A stretch of DNA of 64,000 bases. Source: Kofleriaceae bacterium (GTDB lineage: Bacteria > Myxococcota_A > Polyangia > Haliangiales > Haliangiaceae). The stretch lies in contig CBDCCZ010000004.1 of assembly GCA_965215005.1 (NCBI GenBank), forward strand, positions 224,001 to 288,000, read 5' to 3'. The notes beneath the pieces were generated by a model. That model ran no database searches. It had not been told where the DNA came from and saw only the letters and a program-made list of their open reading frames with translations. Positions 21,518 to 36,616 of this stretch are shown piece by piece (the first letter of the stretch is position 1; each line of letters opens with the position of its first letter). The position numbers and the translations under genes are program-made.

Positions 21518-21589
21518 AACTGCTAGCAATTCAGGGGCGCAGGGGCCGGCTAGCGATCGGCTCCTGCGCGAACCTAGGAGGGCCAGCGC

Positions 21590-21997
21590 ATGAACTTCGA
21601 CACCTTCATCGAGCTCGTTCAACGGCGAGCTGGCATCGGCAGTACGGCCGAAGCGTACGAGATCATCGAGGCCACGTTCTTGGCTTTGGGCGGCTGTCTC
21701 AATGATAGCGAGGCCAAAAAACTGGCCTCACAGCTGCCCAAGGAGCTCGCCGACGTGCTGCGTGACGGCGATGAAGGGCTTGAGTATACGAGCCTGAGGG
21801 AGTTGTTCGAGACCATCGCACGGCGTGCCGGTATACAAGCAGGCGCAGCCGAAGCGGGTGCCCGCGCGGTCATGAGCGTGCTCGAAGACGCGATGGCTGG
21901 TGAGCCTATCGAGCAGCTGCGCGCCGCCTTGCCGCACAATTTCTCCGTGCTGTTCCAGGGCGGCAAAGCACCGACTGCGCATCCGCCGGCGGTGTGA
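21590..21997 (+). CDS. DUF2267 family protein
   Basis: F...VQRRAG...A..AT..AL...L...EA.KLASQLP duplicated helical pattern; AGGAGG RBS. Confidence 0.8.
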   Translation: MNFDTFIELVQRRAGIGSTAEAYEIIEATFLALGGCLNDSEAKKLASQLPKELADVLRDGDEGLEYTSLRELFETIARRAGIQAGAAEAGARAVMSVLEDAMAGEPIEQLRAALPHNFSVLFQGGKAPTAHPPAV

Positions 21998-22136
21998 GCT
22001 CCGCGCGCGGTCGCAGCGGGACCCGAACCGAGACAAGCATGGCTGCGCGTGCGGTCGCAGCCAGCGTGCTCGCACAGGCGCAACGTCGCAGCGGGGGCCT
22101 GCTTCGCCGTGGGGTGACCAGCTCTTGAGAGCAGCC

Positions 22137-23101
22137 TCAGGGGATCAGCAACACCTTGCCGCGGCTCTTGCGCGATTCGAGGTGGTAATGCGCGGCTGCC
22201 GCGTCTGTCAGGGCATAACGGCTGTCGATTCGAACGTGCAAGCTGCCGTTCATGACCATGGCGAAGAGCTCGCTTGCGCGGGTGCGGCGCTGGTTTGCAT
22301 CGGTCAGATAGGACCAAAGATCGCCGCCGACCAGCGCCTGTGAAGCGTCCATCAAGCTGCGCGGGTCGACGGCGGCCGGGTTACCGCCTGCCATGCCAAA
22401 GAACACCACGGTGCCGGTTTGCTTGGTTGCCGCAAGGCTTGCCGCTAGCGTGCTTCCAACGCTGTCGTAGGCCACGTCGCATCCACGTCCGCTGGTGGCG
22501 CTCTTCACCCGCTGCACCCAGTCGTCGCTGTACAAAATGACCTCGTCGGCGCCCGCGTCGTAGGCGGCTTTGGCTTTTTCGGCGGCTGAGGTCACGCCGA
22601 TGACGCGCGCCCCCTGCGCGACCGCCAGCTGGATCAACAGCTGGCCCACACCTCCGGCCGCGGCGTGGATGAGGACGCACTCGCCGCTCCTGATGAGGTG
22701 ACTGTCGCGGGCCAGGTACTGGGCGTGAGGCCCTGCAGAAGCAGGGCGGCGGCGGTCTCCAGCGGAACCTCGCTAGGCACCGGGACGAGATGGTCGCTCG
22801 GCGCGACTACGAGCTCTGCGTTGGCGCGTGGGACATCGGCAAATGCGACCCTATCGCCGGGGGCGAATTCTGTGACCGCGGGGCCGACTGCGTGGACGAT
22901 GCCAGCCGCTTCGTATCCCAAGATGAACGGAGGCGCATCGACCAAGTGATAGTCGCCGCGTCGCCGATAGATATCCGCATAGTTCATCCCGATGGCAGCG
23001 GTCTTGACGATCACCTGGTCGCCCGTGGCCACTGGATCGGGCAGCTCGGTGAGCCGTAAGACGTCGGGGCTTCCAAACGCGGAGAAAGCGATAGCGCGCA
23101 T
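22137..23101 (-). pseudogene. qor: Quinone oxidoreductase (zeta-crystallin/MDR family), frameshifted near 22724
   Basis: FGSPDVL, NYAD, LGYEAAG, LLQGLT then AAAGGVG, YDSVG, GKVLL in a second frame; adding one G restores LLQGLTAQYL. Confidence 0.85.
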
Positions 23102-23108
23102 GGGCGCC

Positions 23109-23137
23109 ATAGTTAGCGGCGAGCAAGAAGAGGTCAA
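23109..23137 (-). promoter_or_regulatory. Putative sigma70 promoter of qor
   Basis: TTGACC-N17-AACTAT, 7 nt before ATG 23101. Confidence 0.5.
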
Positions 23138-23241
23138 CCCCGCGCTTCCCCGGCGCAGGGTCGCTTCGCCGCGCACCGCTTAGGCCTCAGGGGCGGTCGC
23201 TAGCGCTGCGAGTGTGGCTTCTGCTAGCGCTAGCGGAAAGC

Positions 23242-24558
23242 TCAGCGGCAGGTGCCGGTGCGTAAAAGCGGTTCTAAGGCATCCGCTGCGCTGGGGCGGC
23301 CGAAGCGGAAGCCCTGCAGCTCGCGGCATCCTTGGCGACAGAGAATGTCTGCCTGCGCAGCGGTCTCGACCCCTTCGGCGATCGTTCGTATCCCTAGGCT
23401 CTGGGCCATCGACAGCATCGCAGCGACGATGGCGCGGTCGCGCTCGCTGCGGGTGAGATCGGCAACGAACGAGCGATCGATCTTGAGAGCGTCGACGGGG
23501 AGCTCGCGCAGGTAACGGAACGTGGCGTAGCCGGTGCCGAAGTCGTCGATCGCAAGACCCACCCCCATGGCCGCGAGAGCGTCAAACGTGGCGCGCGTGC
23601 ACTCGTCGACGGACAAGATGCTGGTTTCTGTGAGCTCGAGCTCGAGCGCGTCGGCTCGTACGTCGGCAGCGGCTAGCGTTCGCGCGACGAACCCCGCAAG
23701 CTCGGGATCGCGAAACTCGCGGGCGTTGACGTTGACGGCCACGCGTACGGGCGGAAGTCCGGCGCGGCGCCACGTTGCGAGCTGCTCGAGAGCGGTGCGC
23801 AGCACCCACTGGCCGAGCGGCAGCACGAGTCCATTGTCTTCGGCGGCTTCGAGAAATTCAGCGGGGCTGGCGAGGTGCTTTGGGGTTTGTTGCCAGCGCA
23901 GCAGCGCCTCCACACCGGTAATGCGGCCGGAGCGGGCGTCGACCTGCGGCTGGTAGTGCAGCCGCAGCTCCTCGTTATCAATGGCGCGGCGCAGTCGATT
24001 GCCGAGCAGCAAGCGCTCTTTTGCGCGGGCGTTCATGTCGTGCGAATAGACGCGAAGGATGCCGCGTCCCGCCTCCTTGGCGGTGTACATGGCGGCGTCG
24101 GCGTTGGCCATCAGAGTATCGGCAGTGCGACCGTGAAGAGGTGCCACCGCCGCGCCGATGCTGGCGCTCAGACTCAGCTCGTGACCGTGCAGACGCAGCG
24201 GTCGCGCCACCGCTAACAGGGCGCTCTGCGCGGTCATCGTCATGACCGCCAGCGCCTGATCGTGATCGTCAAGGCCTTCGAGGAGAATCGCAAAGTCGTC
24301 GCCGCCGAGTCGCGATACGCGAGCGGAACCGCGAAATCGCCGCTCGAGTCGTTGCGAGACCATATCGAGCAGCTCATCTGCGGCCGCGTGACCAAACGAG
24401 TCGTTGATGGTCTTGAAGCGATCGAGATCGAAATACAGCAACCCGACGAGGCGACCAGCGGCAGCAGCACTGGCGAGCGCACAGTCTAGTCGCGTGCGAA
24501 AGCGCTGCCGGCTCGGCAGCGACGGTGCGGCGTCACTGTGGCGCTCCCGCGGTTTCAT
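23242..24558 (-). CDS. GGDEF-EAL c-di-GMP protein without sensor domain
   Basis: DLDRFKTINDSFGH, RLGGDDF, YQPQ, EALLRW, ELTE, DDFGTGY, KIDRSF, EGVET, QG; start could be 24579. Confidence 0.9.
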   Translation of the reverse strand: MKPRERHSDAAPSLPSRQRFRTRLDCALASAAAAGRLVGLLYFDLDRFKTINDSFGHAAADELLDMVSQRLERRFRGSARVSRLGGDDFAILLEGLDDHDQALAVMTMTAQSALLAVARPLRLHGHELSLSASIGAAVAPLHGRTADTLMANADAAMYTAKEAGRGILRVYSHDMNARAKERLLLGNRLRRAIDNEELRLHYQPQVDARSGRITGVEALLRWQQTPKHLASPAEFLEAAEDNGLVLPLGQWVLRTALEQLATWRRAGLPPVRVAVNVNAREFRDPELAGFVARTLAAADVRADALELELTETSILSVDECTRATFDALAAMGVGLAIDDFGTGYATFRYLRELPVDALKIDRSFVADLTRSERDRAIVAAMLSMAQSLGIRTIAEGVETAAQADILCRQGCRELQGFRFGRPSAADALEPLLRTGTCR

Positions 24559-24853
24559 GAGAGGACCGAATACGTGCATCCTGAACGCCGGAAGTCTCTC
24601 GCATCCGTACCATCGTGAGAATCCCCACGTCGGGGTGACGCTCGCCGCGACCCAAACGCCACCCTCCGGTGCCCATGCGCGCGGCGATCTACATGAGCTC
24701 GGCGCCAACGCCGTCGCGAGTTAGCGCGCACCGTTCGCAGCGCCAGCGAAGCGACGGCGCTGCACGAGGACCAGCGAAAGCTCGGCCAAGAAGAGCGCCC
24801 TGCGGGAGCTGCTCCGACGACCATAGGTTTTGCGCCGGCCCTCGCACGGGCGA

Positions 24854-25258
24854 TCAGCTCGGTGCCGAAGCCAGCATGGCGCTGCAGCTCTTTTCGCAGG
24901 TGCGACACGCCTCTGCGCAGAGCTTGCAGTGTTCGTGCTTGCCGGCATGCTGCTCACATTCGCTTGCGCATCGGCGCACGGCGGTGATGCAGGCCTCGAG
25001 CTGCGCCTTTATCAGTGTCCAATCGGGCTGGGTCTGGCGGCTCAGCACTCGACCGGTGGCTTGGCAGATGTCTGCGCAGTCGAGGTCAGTGTTGATGCAG
25101 TAGCGCAGCTCGGCCACCATTTCCTCGGCTAAACAGGCATCAGCGCAGGCCGTACAGGCTGCAGCACAGTCAAAGCAAGCTTGGATGCAGTTTGCCAGCG
25201 CAGAGGAGGCTTGGCCGCCTTTGTTTGGGTGAGTCTTGATCATCGATTCCATTTGCAT
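24854..25258 (-). CDS. Cys-rich four-helix bundle copper storage protein (Csp3/DUF326-like)
   Basis: 17 Cys in CxxC/CxxxC spacing, HEHCKLCAEACRTC, no signal peptide; AAGGA RBS. Confidence 0.88.
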   Translation of the reverse strand: MQMESMIKTHPNKGGQASSALANCIQACFDCAAACTACADACLAEEMVAELRYCINTDLDCADICQATGRVLSRQTQPDWTLIKAQLEACITAVRRCASECEQHAGKHEHCKLCAEACRTCEKSCSAMLASAPS

Positions 25259-25440
25259 TGCTCGGTCCTTTTCGATTTGTTGCAGCGCAACGTGCCCACG
25301 CGGCACGAAACGTCGAGACAGCAGTGGAGCGCGGCGTCACATCGATGCTGCGCAGCGCGGCGGAGGAACATTCCGTAACGTGTGCCGCTGGAGCGGCACC
25401 TTCAATGGTCGCGAGTCCGCGACGCGGCTGTATTCAATTC

Positions 25441-25695
25441 CTAACCGCAACAACATCTGCGCTGGGCTGTCTTGGCGCTGACGGAAGCTGCGTAGCCGGC
25501 CTCGTCGACAGCGGCGATGAGCTGTGCGACCTCGAGCTCGCCGTCGTACGTGACGACCGCGCTGCCTCGCTGCACGTCCATTTGCACCGCGCGAACACCG
25601 GAAATTGCACGCAGTGCGTCACTCACGTGGCGCTCGCACGCGCCGCAGCTCATTCCGCTCACCTCGAGCGCAATCGTAGAAGAAGTCGTCGTCAT
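25441..25695 (-). CDS. copZ: CopZ-like HMA copper chaperone
   Basis: GMSCGAC, C-terminal EAGY; GGAGG RBS; extra CCCG tail. Confidence 0.9.
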   Translation of the reverse strand: MTTTSSTIALEVSGMSCGACERHVSDALRAISGVRAVQMDVQRGSAVVTYDGELEVAQLIAAVDEAGYAASVSAKTAQRRCCCG

Positions 25696-25737
25696 GGATG
25701 CCTCCGTGCCGGCTCGACTGCCGGCCTTCACTCCCAC

Positions 25738-25763
25738 GACGCAGCACGCGCCAAACGATTACA
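25738..25763 (-). promoter_or_regulatory. ECF sigma promoter for copZ-csp
   Basis: TGTAAT-N14-TGCGTC, mirror image of the copA promoter. Confidence 0.75.
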
Positions 25764-25774
25764 GCTCCGTTTGC

Positions 25775-25800
25775 TGTAATCGCAGAGGGCCCGTTGCGTC
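25775..25800 (+). promoter_or_regulatory. ECF sigma promoter for copA-corE
   Basis: TGTAAT-N14-TGCGTC directly before AGGAG RBS and ATG 25814. Confidence 0.75.
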
Positions 25801-25813
25801 GACAGGAGTACCC

Positions 25814-28162
25814 ATGCCATCTGCCGAAGCCAAGCCCGCCGCCAGCTATCAGACCTACGAGCCCTCGTTGACCGGCATGAGCTGCGCCGTGTGCGTTCGC
25901 CGTATCGAACGTGCGCTCGATGCCGTCCCTGGGGTCGAAGCTGCAAGCGTCAACTTTGCCACCGGCCGCGCGACGGTTCATTATGACGCTACGCGCACCG
26001 CGCCGGCCGAGCTCGCCGCTGCCGTAGAGCGCGCGGGCTATGGGGTGGCACCAGCGCCGCAGGAGTCCGTGACGCCTTCCGTGGCGTCTCCGCATGCGGA
26101 CGCGGAAGAACAACGTGCGCTGCGCCGCGACTTCCTCATTGCCCTCGTCTTCACCGCGCCGCTGCTGGTCCTCGCGATGAGCCATGGCGCGTTGGTGAGC
26201 ACCGACAACCGCGCCATGCGCTTCTTGCAGCTCATTCTGGCGACGGGGGTGGTTTTGGGGCCAGGCCGCCGCTTCTTAGCACCAGGATGGCAGGCGCTGC
26301 GTCGCCTCAGCCCCGACATGAACTCTCTCATTGCGATTGGCGCGCTCGCGGCGTGGGGGTATTCGACGGTCGCGGTCCTTCTTCCCGAGGTGTTTCCGAG
26401 TGGTCAGCACGATCCCCCGCACCTGTACTTCGAAGCCGCCGCCGCCATCCTCACGTTCGTCACCTTGGGCAGGCTTCTCGAGGCCGGCGCCCGCCGTCGT
26501 CTGCGCGATGCAGTAGAGGGACTGGTCGCGTTGGTACCGCCGCGGGCGCGACGAGTCACGTCGCAGGGGGAGGAGGAGGTTCCCGTCGCGGTGCTGGCGG
26601 TGGGGGACCAAATCGTGGTGCGGCCCGGTGAGCGCATCGCCGCCGACGGAGTGGTCGTAGAAGGTGGCTCGACGGTGGATGAAGCGATGTTGACCGGTGA
26701 GAGCATGCCGGTCGCAAAGCGCGCAGGCGATTCCGTGTACGGGGGCACCCTCAATCACGCCGGCGCCCTCACCATCGAGCTCGAGCGCACCGGCAGCGCC
26801 ACCGCGCTCGCTCAAATCATCGACGCAGTGGAGGCCGCACAGGGCTCGCGCCCGCCGATCGCACGACTCGCCGATCAGGTGAGCGCCTACTTCGTGCCGA
26901 TCGTCGTTGCCGTCGCCGCCCTCGCTGCTGCGGCGTGGTTGCTCTTCGATCCCAGTGGCGCTGGTCTGGCGGTTGCGGTGGAGCGCTTCGTCGCGGTCTT
27001 GGTTATCGCTTGCCCGTGCGCCCTCGGATTGGCTACGCCGGCAGCGGTGGCGGTTGGCACCGGGCGCGGCGCTGAGCTCGGCGCGCTTTTCAAGGGCGGC
27101 GCGGTTCTCGAGGCGGCCAGTCGGGTCGACACGGTGTTTCTCGACAAGACCGGCACCATCACCGAAGGAGCGCCGCAGGTCACCGACCTCGTCGCAGTTG
27201 GTAGGCGATCCGAGGCTGAAATTCTGGCTATAGCTGCTGCCGTGGAGCACAAGAGTGAGCATCCGCTCGCGGCTGCAATCACGCGGGCGGCTCGCGAGCG
27301 TGGTGTTCTATGGTCAAGCTCGGCGCACGGGTTTGCTGCCACGGCCGGTGGCGGAGTCGGCGCGGTGATCGACGGCCAGCGTGTGCGCGTCGGCTCGAGC
27401 TCGTGGCTCGGCGAAGCGGGCATCGACACAACCGCCGCCGAAGACCTAGCGGACGCGCTTGCGCGGCAGGGACGAACGCCGGTGTTGGTGGCGGTGGATG
27501 CGGCCGTGGTTGGCATCATCGCTATCGCCGATCGGCCCGCCCGAGGCGCCGCCGCGGTTGTGGCGGCGTTGGCTGCTCTGGGCGTCGAGGTAGCGATGGT
27601 CACCGGCGATCGCCAGGATACCGCTCGGGCCATCGCCGACGAGGTCGGCATCGCCACGGTTTACGCGGAGATGCGCCCCGAAGCCAAGGCGGCGCTCGTC
27701 GCCCAAGCGCAGCGCGGGGGCAAGCGAGTTGCCATGGTAGGCGACGGCATCAACGATGCGCCGGCGCTGGCCACCGCTGACGTCGGCATCGCCATCGGCA
27801 GCGGGACCGACATTGCCGTGGCGGCCGCCGACGTGTCGCTGCTCGGGGGCACCCTCGATGCCCTGCCGCAAGCCCTGCGGCTGGCGCGCCGCTCGATGAG
27901 GATCATCCGCCAGAACTTGTTCTGGGCGTTTGCCTACAACGTCGTCGGCATCCCGCTCGCCGCTGGCGCGCTTTATCCGTGGACCGGCTGGCTGTTGTCG
28001 CCGCTGTTTGCGAGCGCTGCGATGTCGCTCTCGTCGGTCTCGGTGCTGGTGAACTCGCTGCGCCTGCGGCGGTTCGAGCGCAACAAGCCGCCGCATCACT
28101 CGCAAGGCGGGCGGCGCGTTGCCAACGCGCGCGAGTCGTGGAAGGCTACCGCAGGTGAGTGA
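25814..28162 (+). CDS. copA: Cu(I)-translocating P1B-type ATPase
   Basis: [34 protein letters not shown] and MSLSS motifs. Confidence 0.96.
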   Translation: MPSAEAKPAASYQTYEPSLTGMSCAVCVRRIERALDAVPGVEAASVNFATGRATVHYDATRTAPAELAAAVERAGYGVAPAPQESVTPSVASPHADAEEQRALRRDFLIALVFTAPLLVLAMSHGALVSTDNRAMRFLQLILATGVVLGPGRRFLAPGWQALRRLSPDMNSLIAIGALAAWGYSTVAVLLPEVFPSGQHDPPHLYFEAAAAILTFVTLGRLLEAGARRRLRDAVEGLVALVPPRARRVTSQGEEEVPVAVLAVGDQIVVRPGERIAADGVVVEGGSTVDEAMLTGESMPVAKRAGDSVYGGTLNHAGALTIELERTGSATALAQIIDAVEAAQGSRPPIARLADQVSAYFVPIVVAVAALAAAAWLLFDPSGAGLAVAVERFVAVLVIACPCALGLATPAAVAVGTGRGAELGALFKGGAVLEAASRVDTVFLDKTGTITEGAPQVTDLVAVGRRSEAEILAIAAAVEHKSEHPLAAAITRAARERGVLWSSSAHGFAATAGGGVGAVIDGQRVRVGSSSWLGEAGIDTTAAEDLADALARQGRTPVLVAVDAAVVGIIAIADRPARGAAAVVAALAALGVEVAMVTGDRQDTARAIADEVGIATVYAEMRPEAKAALVAQAQRGGKRVAMVGDGINDAPALATADVGIAIGSGTDIAVAAADVSLLGGTLDALPQALRLARRSMRIIRQNLFWAFAYNVVGIPLAAGALYPWTGWLLSPLFASAAMSLSSVSVLVNSLRLRRFERNKPPHHSQGGRRVANARESWKATAGE

Positions 28163-28757
28163 GCACGATCTGGCCTCGAGTTGCCGCTCAGACGCCGCGG
28201 ACGCGGAAGAGCCGAGTATCGCGCTGCACGAGGCGACGTTGCAGCTGCTCGCCCACCGCCGCGAGTTTCTCACCTTCGTCGAGCGGCGCGTCGGCGACCG
28301 CGTTGTCGCCGAGGAGATCTTGCAGGATGCGTTCGTGCGCGGCTTACAGAAGTTGCCGAGCGTGCGCGAGACCGTGATCGGCTGGTTCTATCGTCTCCTA
28401 CGCAATGCACTCATCGATCACCAGCGTCGTGCGGCAGTGGCTGCGCGGCGTCTCGATGCGTTCGCGTCCGAACAGACTCTGCACGACACCGACACCGAGC
28501 TCTACGGTGCCGTGTGCACTTGCGTGTCGGCGCTCGCCGCGGAGCTCAAGCCCGAGTATGCCGAGGCGCTGCAGCGAATCGAGGTCGACGGTGTGTCGGT
28601 CAAGGATTACGCCGCGGAAGCAGGTATCACTGCCGGCAATGCAGGTGTGCGCATCTTCCGCGCCCGCCGCGGGCTCGGCAAGCAGGTGCAGCTCGTCTGC
28701 GGCCGCTGCGCTACTCATGGTTGCAACGACTGCACGTGCCGACCGCCAAGCCGGTGA
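28155..28757 (+). CDS. corE: CorE-like metal-responsive ECF sigma factor
   Basis: sigma2 ([17 protein letters not shown]), CTC between sigma2 and sigma4, C-terminal Cys-rich [17 protein letters not shown] start overlaps copA end. Confidence 0.85.
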   Translation: MSEHDLASSCRSDAADAEEPSIALHEATLQLLAHRREFLTFVERRVGDRVVAEEILQDAFVRGLQKLPSVRETVIGWFYRLLRNALIDHQRRAAVAARRLDAFASEQTLHDTDTELYGAVCTCVSALAAELKPEYAEALQRIEVDGVSVKDYAAEAGITAGNAGVRIFRARRGLGKQVQLVCGRCATHGCNDCTCRPPSR

Positions 28758-28804
28758 CATCGCGGCTTCCTCTCGCACGTCCATCCGTTGCAGAAGCGCT
28801 GCGC

Positions 28805-29470
28805 TCAGAGAGAGGCCACCTGCTCGCGCACCCATGCGCGCACCGCAGGGGCGACGCGGCGGTCGCGATAATGCTCGATACATTCCGACTCGCGTCCGCG
28901 CACGACCCGACGACCCACGAGCGGCCCCTCATGCTCGGTTACGATCGTCGCGTGGTCGCTGTCCTCGCCGATCGCGTAGATCACCAGCACCCAATCGCGT
29001 TGCTTGCCGAGCTCGTGGGCGGTCGCCGTATTGGAGAACATCACGGTGAGGTCCCATCGGTCGCACTGGCTGCTCCATACCGGCAGCCACGCATGCTGCT
29101 CGGGATTGAAGCGCCGCGGCGCAACGAGCGGCAGCGCACGCCGTGCGACCAACTCCCGGTAGTTACCATCGAGTTCGAGGAGCTGGCCGACAGACGGCCG
29201 CGCCAGCTGCGCTGCCGATAATCGCGGCGGCGTGAGAGCGGTCTCGAGCTGACGCCTCAGCCTTGCGATGCGGCGCTTGCCAAACCCTGGGAGGCGCGCC
29301 AGCTGCCCGTCACGCCCCTCCATCGCCGCGCACTCCAGCGCCTCTAGAGTCGTGATTCCCAAGCGATCGACGATGCGCCGCGCCAGTGTCGGGCCTAGCC
29401 CCGGAATTGTCGTGAATCGGCGCAGCGCTCGTTCTCGCTGTGGCCTGCGAGACTCGTGCTGAGGATGCAT
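28805..29470 (-). CDS. Helix-hairpin-helix DNA-binding protein
   Basis: Two HhH motifs (IPGLGP, LPGFGK) plus C-terminal domain (RRFNP..AWLP, FSNTATAH, DWV, GRRVVRGRE). Confidence 0.75.
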   Translation of the reverse strand: MHPQHESRRPQRERALRRFTTIPGLGPTLARRIVDRLGITTLEALECAAMEGRDGQLARLPGFGKRRIARLRRQLETALTPPRLSAAQLARPSVGQLLELDGNYRELVARRALPLVAPRRFNPEQHAWLPVWSSQCDRWDLTVMFSNTATAHELGKQRDWVLVIYAIGEDSDHATIVTEHEGPLVGRRVVRGRESECIEHYRDRRVAPAVRAWVREQVASL

Positions 29471-29482
29471 ACGTGAACATTT

Positions 29483-29498
29483 TGCACAATGAATGCCA
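29483..29498 (-). promoter_or_regulatory. Putative sigma54 promoter of HhH gene
   Basis: TGGCATTCATTGTGCA = GG-N10-GC. Confidence 0.6.
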
Positions 29499-29603
29499 AG
29501 GTCACTGCAGCACCCACTGGACCATAGAGCTCGCCGAGCAGGCCCCGCGGCCGGACGCCTGGGGCGGCCACGCGCGGTGACCGCCTCCGGCGTGGCTTTC
29601 AAG

Positions 29604-30362
29604 TCACTGGAATTCGAACTGGAAGTTGCCGAGGTCTACGAGCTCGTTGCCGACGTTCAGGATCGCCTGCCGCGGCATCGACTGCCCGAGCACCTCCTCA
29701 CGGTTGCCGCGATCCTCGAGGACGCTCACCACGACCTCGTAGTCGCCGAGAGGTAGCGGGCTCGTGATTCCCTCGCGAGCCTCGCAGTCGAAGATGTCGT
29801 CAATGCCGGTGCCGCTTGGGCCCACGAGCGTCGCCAGGATGGAGACCGCGTCGGCGCCCGCGTTCGCGCAATCGATCGGTTGCTGGGTGGCAGCGTCGAG
29901 AAGCGTCCACGTCGCAGCGAGATAGGCCTCGCTCGTGAGGATGTCGAAGGGGACCGCCACGACCTCGCCTGGGCTGTTCAGCGAGACCACCTCAGAGAAC
30001 GACTGCGCGTATAGCGTATCGGCGACCTCGGGGGCATCGATGATCTCGACGTACACGGTGTAGTCGCCGAGCGGCAGTGGATCGGTGCGCCCGATGCCGG
30101 CGGAGCAGTCGAACAAGTCCACCGTATCAACGTTCGCGCTGTTCACAGCCACCACTCTAACCGTCGAACCCGGGCAGACGTTGGGCATGAGGTTCCAACT
30201 GACCTCGAGAGCCGCTTCGGATCGACCAGGGTTAGGCGTGGGCGTGGGATTGGGCGTCGGCTCGCGCACCACGTTGTCGTCATCGCTGTCGCTGCTGAAG
30301 AAACAGCCACCGCTCGGCAAGAGCAACAGGGCCAGAGCACCGTAAGCAAACCTTCGAATCAT
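29604..30362 (-). CDS. Lipoprotein with two tandem homologous beta domains
   Basis: SGG-C lipobox, PTPN linker, repeats DLFDC..G.TDPLPLGDY / DIFDC..G.TSPLPLGDY; GGAGG RBS. Confidence 0.8.
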   Translation of the reverse strand: MIRRFAYGALALLLLPSGGCFFSSDSDDDNVVREPTPNPTPTPNPGRSEAALEVSWNLMPNVCPGSTVRVVAVNSANVDTVDLFDCSAGIGRTDPLPLGDYTVYVEIIDAPEVADTLYAQSFSEVVSLNSPGEVVAVPFDILTSEAYLAATWTLLDAATQQPIDCANAGADAVSILATLVGPSGTGIDDIFDCEAREGITSPLPLGDYEVVVSVLEDRGNREEVLGQSMPRQAILNVGNELVDLGNFQFEFQ

Positions 30363-30517
30363 GCGTCATCCTCCGTAAGCAGAAGCTCGTATTGTGGGAG
30401 GGTGACCCGCTGGCGGCAACGATTTGACACCGTCGCTCGTGCGATGAACGTCACGAAGCAGCGGAAACTCTGCGATTGTTGGACACTTTACTGCGACAGC
30501 TTTGGTGGAGCTCGCGG

Positions 30518-34177
<3,660 letters not shown>

Positions 34178-34253
34178 GACTCTTCGTACTTACCACGATT
34201 GGGCAGGCTTGCCGCTCCGCGTCGAGCCCGCCCTATGTTAAGGATTACGGCGT

Positions 34254-35642
<1,389 letters not shown>

Positions 35643-35646
35643 GGCG

Positions 35647-36459
35647 CTATGAACGGATGGGCTCGCGCTGGCTGTCTCCGCCGAGGATGGCCGATAGGAG
35701 CAGGCGCAGCTCCTCGAGACCGGCAGTGATCTCGGCCTGCGCCTCGGGCGTTGCGGGCTCACTGGCTCGTTTCGCCAGGTGCGTCTTGAGGCGCGCAGCA
35801 TACTGCTCGACGTCGTCAAGAGATGGCCGCAGCGGCGAGGCCAAGAGGTCCATGACTTGTTGGCCTTGCTTAGCGAGCGCTCGCAAGCGTTCACGCTCTT
35901 CGGCGAGCGCGAAGGCAAACACCCGCGCCTCACGCGCACGGACTCGCGCGGTGAGCAGCTCCTCGGCTTGCGCGGCAAGCATGCGCAGCCAGTCGGTCTC
36001 TCGGTCGCTGAGGGTGCGCGGCTCGAAGCCGGCGACGCAGAGCGTTGCCACCGGTAGCGAGCGATAGCGTATCGGCATGCCGGCGTAGAAGCGCAAACCG
36101 AGCTCGCCACGAACCAGCGGATTTTCCGCGAAGCGCGGGTCGAGCGTCGCGTTCGGCACCAGCAGCAGCTCGTCGCGGGCGATGGCGTGGGCGCAAAACG
36201 CCACCTCGCGAGAGGTGCCGCAGATGTCGACGCCACGGCGAGCCTTGAACCACTGCCGATCGGCCGCGACCACGCTGAGAAGCGCAATCGGCGCCTGCAG
36301 CATTTCGCTGGTGAGGGTGATGAGATCGTCGAGCGCGCGCTCGGCGGGGGTGTCGAGGATATCGAGCTCATCGAGCACCTGTAGGCGCAGGTGTTCCTCG
36401 GGATGAAGCGGAACAAACTCGAGAGTGGTGGTCTCGCTAGGCAGAGTGACTGCGGTCAT
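35647..36459 (-). CDS. GAF domain protein with coiled-coil C-terminus
   Basis: RL..L..L.ILDT, RQWFK, FCAHAI, DPRFAENPLV, RFYAG; start uncertain (36534 alternative). Confidence 0.85.
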   Translation of the reverse strand: MTAVTLPSETTTLEFVPLHPEEHLRLQVLDELDILDTPAERALDDLITLTSEMLQAPIALLSVVAADRQWFKARRGVDICGTSREVAFCAHAIARDELLLVPNATLDPRFAENPLVRGELGLRFYAGMPIRYRSLPVATLCVAGFEPRTLSDRETDWLRMLAAQAEELLTARVRAREARVFAFALAEERERLRALAKQGQQVMDLLASPLRPSLDDVEQYAARLKTHLAKRASEPATPEAQAEITAGLEELRLLLSAILGGDSQREPIRS

Positions 36460-36560
36460 CGCTGCGAGGATCGGACGTCGCCGGCGGGGCTGAAGAGGAG
36501 AGCGCTTTTTTGCAGAGACAACCCAACGCAGCATCCCGGTGCCGGCGAGGTAGCAGGGGG

Positions 36561-36586
36561 GTGAGCCGCTCCGCGCAACGGCTCAC
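36561..36586. terminator. GC-rich hairpin downstream of lipoprotein gene
   Basis: GTGAGCCG-N10-CGGCTCAC, no clear U-tract. Confidence 0.35.
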
Positions 36587-36616
36587 GAGCGGCGAAGAGC
36601 ACAGCTGCTACGCGCT

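Noticed and set aside
22000..22100. Three copies of GTCGCAGC between DUF2267 and qor
   Set aside because: Too short and irregularly spaced for a CRISPR or REP array; plausible by chance at this GC content.
22715..22730. Programmed ribosomal frameshift in qor (likewise nhaA, LysR)
   Set aside because: No slippery heptamer or stimulatory structure seen; simple G-run indels fit sequencing error better.
34178..34253. Possible SAM or cobalamin riboswitch before metH
   Set aside because: Only 76 bp and no conserved riboswitch core visible.
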